Positions 8,285-14,621 of a DNA stretch of 14,621 bases are shown here, in pieces. The translations under genes and the position numbers were made by a program. The stretch comes from a candidate division WOR-3 bacterium (lineage in GTDB: Bacteria > Hydrothermota > Tepidihabitantia > Tepidihabitantales > Tepidihabitantaceae). The stretch covers positions 1 through 14,621 of the forward strand of contig JBDRUH010000038.1 of NCBI GenBank assembly GCA_039801225.1, written 5' to 3'. How positions within the stretch are numbered: the stretch's first letter is position 1; each line of letters begins with the position of its first letter. The notes below the pieces were generated by a model. It saw only the letters and a program-made list of their open reading frames with translations, was not told the DNA's origin and made no database searches.

Positions 8285-8650
8285 ATGAAGGTAAAAGAGA
8301 AAGTATTTTTCAACCGCCACGGCAAGGCGGTGTTACGGTTACGCGGGGCGGTTTTCTATGACTTTATGGGTAAGCCGCGGGGCTTTCTTATCGGTAAGAC
8401 AGTTTATGGCAATGATGGTCAGCACCGCGGATTTTTGGTGAGAAATGTCCTGTGGGACCGAAAGGGAAGGATTGTCGGGTTTATGTTCGGTGCTAAGGTG
8501 CCAGAGGTGAAGTTTCCCCTGGTCCAGTTTCCACCGGTGCCATATAAGGACCAACCAGAACCAGACCCGCCGCCCAATATTGTTGACCTGGAGTGTCCAA
8601 CATTAATTCCGAAATGGTCAATAATGCCGTTAGAGAATTTCTTGGTTTAA
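8285..8650 (+). CDS. 4-fold beta-flower-like protein
   Basis: Four ~15-aa repeats (FFNRHGKAVLRL, FYDFMGKPRGFL, VYGNDGQHRGFL, LWDRKGRIVGFM), then a Pro-rich tail ending PKWS...LENFL. Start is ATG 8285 or TTG 8282. Confidence 0.65.
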   Translation: MKVKEKVFFNRHGKAVLRLRGAVFYDFMGKPRGFLIGKTVYGNDGQHRGFLVRNVLWDRKGRIVGFMFGAKVPEVKFPLVQFPPVPYKDQPEPDPPPNIVDLECPTLIPKWSIMPLENFLV

Positions 8651-8675
8651 TTTAAAAACAACTTAAGGAGGTCCA

Positions 8676-9269
8676 ATGCGTCGGGGTTTAATTTTTATCG
8701 GAATTGCGGTCTGCTTATTAAGGGCAGATGGGTTTGAAATTAGGGGAAAAGTAACCAGTGCCTGGCAGAAGAACAGTTTTACCATAGAGACTCGTTCTGA
8801 AGAGACCAGCCTCTGGTTGGAACCGCCACAGAACGGGCGGCTTTTGGCTCAAGTTGCCACCGCCGGCGCAGAAATGAACAAATATCGGTTTAAGTTTACC
8901 GAGCCAATTACCCTTAAAGGGATGAAGGAGTGGCAAATTACCGTCCTCTGGGACTCAACCGATGGTAATTGGCGTTGTCGCCTGGGGCGGGGAGAGGAAC
9001 CGGTATTAAAAAGGGTGCAGGGTTATGCGGATACCACTTTTAATTTTACCTGGATGCTCGTTACTGAGGAGGATGTGGAGCGGTGGCGATTTGCCTCTCC
9101 GAAAGAGGCGACATTTATCGTTCGTTGCTCCTCACCGGGCAGGCGGGGAGTTGAAGAGCAGGACCTTGCCGACTCACCCAAATTGGAAATTTTTGGACCG
9201 GGCGTTTTCAAAATTGAGGTGGAGCCGATTGACGGTGGTGGTGAGTTTGTTGGTGAACGGATAAAGTAG
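8676..9269 (+). CDS. Secreted hypothetical protein, probably two tandem beta-sandwich modules
   Basis: SD AAGGAGG at 8665-8671. Signal-peptide-like MRRGLIFIGIAVCLLRA. Beta-strand-rich sequence with weak internal duplication. Confidence 0.7.
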   Translation: MRRGLIFIGIAVCLLRADGFEIRGKVTSAWQKNSFTIETRSEETSLWLEPPQNGRLLAQVATAGAEMNKYRFKFTEPITLKGMKEWQITVLWDSTDGNWRCRLGRGEEPVLKRVQGYADTTFNFTWMLVTEEDVERWRFASPKEATFIVRCSSPGRRGVEEQDLADSPKLEIFGPGVFKIEVEPIDGGGEFVGERIK

Positions 9270-9315
9270 ACTAATCGGTTTCTATAAAACTATCAACTAC
9301 TAACTTTGAACTAAG

Positions 9316-9840
9316 TTGGGGCATTGGCTTTTTCGCTGGCGCGGGGTAATAGGTGCTTTTGCATTTATCATTGTTTATTTCCTTTCTTCTCCTACTATTT
9401 CATCCTGCAGGTATGGGCTTTTATTACTTCTTTTTGGGCTGGCTTGGCGATTCTGGGCGGTGGGTCATATTGGTAAAGAGGTGCGGGCAAGGGTAATTGG
9501 GGCGCGAGAGATTGTGCGCAGCGGTCCTTATCGGTTTTTCCCGCATCCGATTTACGCTGGCAACCTTCTCTTGGTTCTTGGTATGCTCTGGGCGCTTAAT
9601 CCGCCGGTTTGGCTGTGGCTGGTGGTTCTGGCGGGTTTTTTTACAATATACGGGCTAATAGCACGGGCAGAAGAGCAGTATTTGAAAGACTCTAACCTAC
9701 CGGTGGTGGAGAAACATTTCTCCTGTCAGGAGGCGCTCAGCGAAGCATCAACCTGGGCAACGGTTATCTTGGCTTATCTGCTAACTTTGGCGAAGGCTTT
9801 TTGGCTTTTATCGCGGCAGAATCTTAAAATCGGTTGTTAG
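9316..9840 (+). CDS. Isoprenylcysteine carboxylmethyltransferase / phospholipid methyltransferase (ICMT/PEMT) family membrane protein
   Basis: Multiple hydrophobic segments plus RFWAVGHIG, IVRSGPYRFFPHPIYAGNLL and AEEQYL. TTG start with an in-frame stop just upstream (9307-9309). Confidence 0.85.
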   Translation: MGHWLFRWRGVIGAFAFIIVYFLSSPTISSCRYGLLLLLFGLAWRFWAVGHIGKEVRARVIGAREIVRSGPYRFFPHPIYAGNLLLVLGMLWALNPPVWLWLVVLAGFFTIYGLIARAEEQYLKDSNLPVVEKHFSCQEALSEASTWATVILAYLLTLAKAFWLLSRQNLKIGC

Positions 9841-11109
9841 TGAAACCGCCTGTTGGCTGTTGAGGTCCTTAATCCGGGCAACAAGCATGTATCTGCCCGG
9901 TTTTAAGTCCATTGTATGGATTCGTTCCACCGCCACTCCTTTGGAACCTTCACCGGTAATAAAACGGCTGGGCGTAGGGATGACGGCAAGTTGCCTGGTG
10001 GCAAGGTCCATTATTTCATAATCTGCCTCTGCCCGATGTTGACCCAGGTGGTCAATTGTTAGGTTATAAATCTCATAGAGAATATAAAAGGTACTACCGC
10101 TGGTTACCTCAGGCATAATTAATGGGATAACCCGGCGCCAGTCCGGGCGTTGGAACTGTTGGCTCTGGAAATGGGAATCTACCAGCGCATAGAAGATGAT
10201 GTCGGAGCAGGGCTGACTGCGCCGGATATAGTCAATGAGGTTCAATTTCGCCTGGCGTTCTGCCCAGGCGGCGCCATCCCGGGTGATGGCAAATGCGGTA
10301 ACTGAATACACATCTACCGGCAGAAAGAAAACCTGCCGCCCCACTATATAAGTAGATGCTGTATCAGGAGTGCAACCGAACCAACCTTCGGTTTTGAATA
10401 CACCGTAATGCTGGGAGGTGAACTCAAACCGAAGATAGAGCAATTTTAAAGCGTTCTGGGATTCATCCTGGTTGGTTGGCGCTATCCCGTAGTGCAGTTC
10501 CACCTCCACTGTATCATTGGATTGACCGAGCCGGTAAAGGGCGATAAAAAAGTTGAGAAGCCGGGAATCGGGAGCAGGTTTTGGCGGTGGTTTATTGTAA
10601 TCAACCTCCTCTAATGCGGCCGGCAGCCAGGATTTCCCGAAGCGGGAGGTGCCAATTTTTTTGAAGCCAACCCCCTTTTTCACAAAATCAAACTGTAACC
10701 CCAATGAGTCATAGGTCCAGATTTCTGCCGGGTTGACAAAAATCCGGCTGGTTTCTGTCTCCACCGGCTTGGGGGCAAACTCCTCCCGGCGCGGCGGTCC
10801 GTAACGGATGTAGGTTGTTACCCTTTCGTCTCCTAACAGGTCAAGGGTGCCAAAAAGTTCCCTTGCCCTTTTTGCCCGCTGGTAAAAAGTTTGGTAGTCG
10901 CCAGCCTGCTGGTTTTGCCAGAACCAGCGGAGGTAATCGTCTCTTGCCTCGGGTGTGCCAAGGGTTAGATACTCTTTGGCGCTGACTGGATTCAGGGCTT
11001 TAAGGATGAGATAGTTCAGTTTTTCTTCAGCGGTGAGCCGGTCAGCGCGAGTAAGTGGTTTTAAAGAACCGCAGCCGATAAGGACAATTGCGGTGAGGAG
11101 CAGACGCAT
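9808..11109 (-). CDS. GWxTD-domain-like lipoprotein
   Basis: Lipobox-like MRLLLTAIVLIG-C. Motifs RDDYLRWFW, RAKRARELF, DERVTTYIRYGPP and EIWTY, with C-terminal Ig-like FYILYEIYNL and LKPGRYMLVARIKD. The eponymous GWxTD motif is degenerate. Confidence 0.75.
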   Translation of the reverse strand: MRLLLTAIVLIGCGSLKPLTRADRLTAEEKLNYLILKALNPVSAKEYLTLGTPEARDDYLRWFWQNQQAGDYQTFYQRAKRARELFGTLDLLGDERVTTYIRYGPPRREEFAPKPVETETSRIFVNPAEIWTYDSLGLQFDFVKKGVGFKKIGTSRFGKSWLPAALEEVDYNKPPPKPAPDSRLLNFFIALYRLGQSNDTVEVELHYGIAPTNQDESQNALKLLYLRFEFTSQHYGVFKTEGWFGCTPDTASTYIVGRQVFFLPVDVYSVTAFAITRDGAAWAERQAKLNLIDYIRRSQPCSDIIFYALVDSHFQSQQFQRPDWRRVIPLIMPEVTSGSTFYILYEIYNLTIDHLGQHRAEADYEIMDLATRQLAVIPTPSRFITGEGSKGVAVERIHTMDLKPGRYMLVARIKDLNSQQAVSLTTDFKILPR

Positions 11110-11117
11110 CCCGGGTT

Positions 11118-12824
11118 TTAGTCAAGCATTGGTATTTTAATTCCATACAGCCGGGCAATTTTCTTTGCCTCCTCATATCCGGCATCAGCGTGCCGGCAGA
11201 CACCTATTCCCGGGTCATTGGTGAGCACCCGTTTAATTCGTTCCTCCATTTCCGGGCTGCCATCACATACCGTTACCTGTCCGGCATGAACCGAATAGCC
11301 GATACCCACCCCGCCACCAGAGTGGATTGAGACCCAGGAAGCACCCGATGCGACATTAAGCATAGCGTTCAGAAGTGGCCAGTCGGCTATGGCATCTGAG
11401 CCGTCAATCATCGCCTCAGTCTCCCGGTTGGGCGAGGCAACTGAGCCGGTGTCCAAATGGTCGCGACCGATGACAATTGGACCTTTCAGTCTGCCCGCGC
11501 GCACCGCCTGGTTGAAAGCAATACCGACTTTATCCCTTTCGCCATAACCCAACCAGCAGATTCTTGCCGGCAGCCCTTGAAAAGGAACCTCTGCCGCCGC
11601 TTTCTTCAGCCAGTTTATTAACGGCTGATTATCCGGGAAAAGTTCCATCACTATCCGGTCGGTCTCATAGATATCATCCGGCTCGCCCGATAGCGCCACC
11701 CAGCGAAAAGGACCTTTACCTTCACAGAAGAGGGGGCGAATATACGCCGGGACAAAACCGGGGTATTTCCAGGAGCCGATTTTCCCGGGGGTTCTTATCT
11801 CCTCCTCTTTAAGAAAACCTCCTTCTATCGCCTTGCCGCGCAGGTTGTTGCCATAGTCAAATGTTACTGCACCCCTTGATTGCATCTCCAGCATCAGCCG
11901 CACATGGACTGCCATTGTCTGATAGGAGCGCCGGCGATACTCCTCAGGGTCGCGGCGCCGTAGCTCTAAAGCCTCAGAAAAACTCATACCGGTTGGCACA
12001 TAGCCATTGAGTTCATCATGGGCTGAGGTCTGGTCAGTGAGAATGTCAGGAGTGACATTTCTCTCCTTCAGTCGCTTTAAAAGGTCAACGATATTGCCAC
12101 ACCAGGCGATACTTTTCGCCTGATAATGGTTTTTCGCATCAAGCGCCGCATCAATCGCCTTGTCCAAATCACTAATCTGCTCATCTAAGTAGCGGGGCTT
12201 CTTTGATGCCAGGCGTCTTTCAATCCTTGCCGGGTCAACCTCGGCACCAAGATATACCGCATTAGCCATTGTTGCGGCAAGGGGCTGGGCACCACTCATC
12301 CCACCTAAGCCACCAGAGACAATCAGTTTCCCTCTCAGGTCACCGGTGCCAAAGTGTTTTATTCCCGCAGAGACAAAGGTCTGATGGGTTCCTTGCAGAA
12401 TGCCCTGGGTGCCGATGTAAATCCAACTCCCGGCGGTCATCTGACCGAACATAATGAGACCGGCTGCCTCCAGTTCATCAAAATAGGTCTTTGTCGCCCA
12501 GTGCGGGACGAGGTTGGAGTTGGCGATTAGAACCCGGGGGGTATAGGTAAATGTTTTGAAGATGCCCACCGGTTTACCCGATTGAACAAGTAGTGTTTCG
12601 TCATTCTCTAACTCTTTAAGACATTTGACAATTGCCTGAAAACAGCGCCAGTTCCTTGCCGCCTTTCCTGTTCCGCCGTAAACGATTAACTCCTCGGGTT
12701 TCTCCGCAACCTCCGGGTCAAGGTTATTCATCAACATCCTCAGCGCCGCCTCCTGGTGCCAGCCTTTACAGGAAATGGCATTTCCCCGTGGCGCCCTTAC
12801 CGGTCTATATTCTTCTTTACTCAT
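11118..12824 (-). CDS. hutU: Urocanate hydratase
   Basis: [75 protein letters not shown]. Start taken as ATG 12824 (the track uses TTG 12827). Confidence 0.98.
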   Translation of the reverse strand: MSKEEYRPVRAPRGNAISCKGWHQEAALRMLMNNLDPEVAEKPEELIVYGGTGKAARNWRCFQAIVKCLKELENDETLLVQSGKPVGIFKTFTYTPRVLIANSNLVPHWATKTYFDELEAAGLIMFGQMTAGSWIYIGTQGILQGTHQTFVSAGIKHFGTGDLRGKLIVSGGLGGMSGAQPLAATMANAVYLGAEVDPARIERRLASKKPRYLDEQISDLDKAIDAALDAKNHYQAKSIAWCGNIVDLLKRLKERNVTPDILTDQTSAHDELNGYVPTGMSFSEALELRRRDPEEYRRRSYQTMAVHVRLMLEMQSRGAVTFDYGNNLRGKAIEGGFLKEEEIRTPGKIGSWKYPGFVPAYIRPLFCEGKGPFRWVALSGEPDDIYETDRIVMELFPDNQPLINWLKKAAAEVPFQGLPARICWLGYGERDKVGIAFNQAVRAGRLKGPIVIGRDHLDTGSVASPNRETEAMIDGSDAIADWPLLNAMLNVASGASWVSIHSGGGVGIGYSVHAGQVTVCDGSPEMEERIKRVLTNDPGIGVCRHADAGYEEAKKIARLYGIKIPMLD

Positions 12825-12830
12825 CAAAAA

Positions 12831-12859
12831 ATGATAAGTGGTGATTCAGGCATTGTCAA
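12831..12859 (-). promoter_or_regulatory. Sigma70 promoter directly abutting the hutU start
   Basis: Minus strand TTGACA (12859-12854), 17-nt spacer, TATCAT (12836-12831), then TTTTTG-ATG. Confidence 0.75.
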
Positions 12860-12901
12860 CCAAGCGAATCAATCCGCTGCCTTAGTTACCGGCACCCAAA
12901 T

Positions 12902-12950
12902 TGTAGGGCACTCTGCCCAAGCAGGTGCCGCCCGATTCGGGCAGGTTTGC
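12902..12950 (+). repeat. REP-like unit with internal insert (same family as 1225-1314)
   Basis: TGTAGGGCA-[ctctgcccaagcaggtgccgcccgattcggg]-CAGGTTTGC. GTAGGGCACTCTGC at 12903-12916 is the exact reverse complement of 1301-1314. Confidence 0.6.
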
Positions 12951-12986
12951 ATTTGAAAAAGGAATGTGATTGGCGTCATCGTCGCC

Positions 12987-13033
12987 TCCTCATTCCGAGC
13001 GGAGCTGAGGAATCCCTTGGGTTACGCTCAAGG
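12987..13033. repeat. Second palindromic mini-element type (tcattccgagcggagctgaggaatc + ccttgggttacgctcaagg)
   Basis: Stems ATTCC 12992-12996 / GGAAT 13009-13013 and CCTTGGG 13015-13021 / CTCAAGG 13027-13033. Resembles dispersed intergenic palindromes I recognise, but there is only one copy in this window. Confidence 0.4.
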
Positions 13034-13046
13034 CAATTCTTCTCTC

Positions 13047-13091
13047 GTAAGACAAACCTTCTGGTTTGAAATGCTAAAGCCCTGCCCTGCA
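13047..13091. repeat. Degenerate inverted REP doublet
   Basis: 13047-13068 gtaagacaaaccttctggtttg matches 19/22 to the REP at 1225-1248 (minus strand). The reverse complement of 13073-13091 matches 15/19 to 1191-1209. Confidence 0.55.
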
Positions 13092-13158
13092 ATATAATTT
13101 CTTGTTGGCTTAACTAAAAATATTAGGAAAATCTAATGATAACAACTCAGAGATTGGT

Positions 13159-14621
13159 CTATCTCAAGAGAAGTACCTTTCTTAGAACCGCCTGGTTATC
13201 CACTCTTAGAGTAAAGAAATATGCGCCCTGAGCTACCTTTCTGCCATTTTCATCTCTCCCATCCCAGATAGCGTTATAAGTTCCCGCCTTCCTGTGCTCG
13301 TCTGTTAGTATCCGGATTAACCTTCCCGAGGCATCAAAAACCTCAAGCAAAACCCTGCCATCTCTGGGTATTGAGTAGTGGATTTTAGTATTGGCAACAG
13401 TAAATGTCGGATAAACCACTATGTTTTCTCTTGATGGTGTTTGGACATACTCTTTTTCCTCTTTAACACCGGTTTTCGGGGTATACTTAATTGTCAGATA
13501 ATCATAGAAGCCTGAGATACTCTCACCATAGCCGGTAACATAGACCGCTCCTGAGTAATACGCTATCGCCACCGCGTTTTCATAAGTGTTATTTTTATCA
13601 TATCTCTCTGCCCAGATAGAATCACCCAATCTACTATACTTGATTGTCGCATAATCATAACCAGTGCCTGAGCCCGTACTATGGCCGGTAACATAAACAT
13701 TAGCATAGGGGTCATCGCTGACCGCTATCGCCCTTGCATAATCATTCCCATTTCCCGGTCCGTCGTATCTCTTAACCCACTGCTCAACCCCGGCTGAATT
13801 ATACTTAATTGTCGCATAGTCATAATTAGTGCTTGAACCGCCATAACTATAGCCGGTAACAAATACACTGCCATACTGATGCACCGCTATCGCCTGTCCA
13901 TAATCCCTGCCATTTCCCGGTCCGTTGTATCTTACCGCCCACAACGATTCTCCGGATGAGTTATACTTAATTGTCGCATAGTCATAACCAGTGGTTGAAT
14001 CGCCATAACTATAGCCGGTAACATAGACATTACCTGAACCATCAATCGCCATCGCCTGTCCATAATCCGTGCCATTTCCCGGTCCGTTGTATCTCTTCAC
14101 CCACTGCTGAACCCCGGATGAGTTATACTTAATTGTCGCATAGTCATAACCAGTGGTTGAACCGCCATAACTATAGCCGGTAACATAGACATTACCTGAA
14201 CCATCAACCGCTATCGCCTGTCCGTAATCCGTGCCATTTCCCGGTCCGTTGTATCTTACCGCCCACAACGAATCTCCGGATGAGTTATACTTGATTGTCG
14301 CATAGTCTTCAACAGAGCCTGAGCCATAACTATAACCGGTAACATAAACATTACCCGAGCCATCAACCGCTATCGCTTTTGCTTCATCCGCTCCTTTTAT
14401 CGGTCCGTCGTATCTCTTAACCCACTGCTGAACCCCCAAGGAGTTATACTTTATAGTAGCATAGTCCATATTTAGTCCGCCCCAACTGGCACCGGTAACA
14501 TAGACATTTCCTGAACCATCAACCGCTATCGCATTCGCGCCATCACTGTTATTTGCCGGTCCGTTGTATGTTCTCACCCACAATGTGTCTCCGTTAGTGG
14601 GGTTATACTTAATTGTTGCAT
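13159..14621 (-). CDS. SBBP-repeat beta-propeller protein with C-terminal FlgD-Ig/T9SS-like sorting domain; 5'-truncated by the window edge
   Basis: At least 7 repeats of W..RY.GP...D...AIAVD.SGNVYVTG.S.....DYATIKY. Tail VYP...TKIHYSIP...V.LEVFDASGRLIR.L...WDGRDENGRKVAQGAYF. The frame is open to the window end (..ATIKYNPTNGDTLW). Confidence 0.9.
   Translation of the reverse strand, partial: ATIKYNPTNGDTLWVRTYNGPANNSDGANAIAVDGSGNVYVTGASWGGLNMDYATIKYNSLGVQQWVKRYDGPIKGADEAKAIAVDGSGNVYVTGYSYGSGSVEDYATIKYNSSGDSLWAVRYNGPGNGTDYGQAIAVDGSGNVYVTGYSYGGSTTGYDYATIKYNSSGVQQWVKRYNGPGNGTDYGQAMAIDGSGNVYVTGYSYGDSTTGYDYATIKYNSSGESLWAVRYNGPGNGRDYGQAIAVHQYGSVFVTGYSYGGSSTNYDYATIKYNSAGVEQWVKRYDGPGNGNDYARAIAVSDDPYANVYVTGHSTGSGTGYDYATIKYSRLGDSIWAERYDKNNTYENAVAIAYYSGAVYVTGYGESISGFYDYLTIKYTPKTGVKEEKEYVQTPSRENIVVYPTFTVANTKIHYSIPRDGRVLLEVFDASGRLIRILTDEHRKAGTYNAIWDGRDENGRKVAQGAYFFTLRVDNQAVLRKVLLLR
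13749..14306 (-). repeat. Intragenic 162-bp tandem repeat (propeller blades)
   Basis: CATTTCCCGG recurs at 13749, 13911, 14073 and 14235 (period 162). 13952-14094 vs 14114-14256 are identical at 139/143 positions. Confidence 0.9.

Noticed and set aside
12756..12956. 66-aa plus-strand ORF across the hutU start and promoter
   Set aside because: Overlaps hutU antisense, its promoter and a REP unit; no coding signature.
13749..14306. CRISPR array or diversity-generating retroelement TR/VR pair
   Set aside because: The repeats are in-frame 162-bp coding units without unique spacers. Mismatches are few and not confined to adenines of one template copy. No cas or reverse transcriptase gene is in the window.

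Overview
Bacterial genomic window. The lineage is not determinable directly; a FlgD/T9SS-like C-terminal sorting domain, a GWxTD lipoprotein and a class V FBP aldolase/phosphatase suggest an anaerobic FCB-associated or candidate-phylum organism such as WOR-3 (inference). From left to right: the AT-rich 3' end of a Type IIG (Eco57I/TaqI-C-like) restriction-modification gene, followed in frame after its stop by a GC-richer orphan C-terminus of a different RM protein; a cluster of GTAG-type REP-like palindromes; an operon of glutaconate-type CoA-transferase alpha/beta plus two acyl-CoA dehydrogenases, the first lacking inter-subunit FAD motifs; fbp; a MoxR AAA+ ATPase coupled to a C-terminally short YceD/DUF177; a beta-flower-like protein; a secreted hypothetical protein; and an ICMT/PEMT-family methyltransferase. 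On the minus strand lie a GWxTD-like lipoprotein, hutU (apparently leaderless), a second REP-like cluster, and the 3' part of an SBBP beta-propeller surface protein with homogenised 162-bp repeats. No tRNA, rRNA, CRISPR array or transposase was seen. All family calls come from motif recognition, not database searches.
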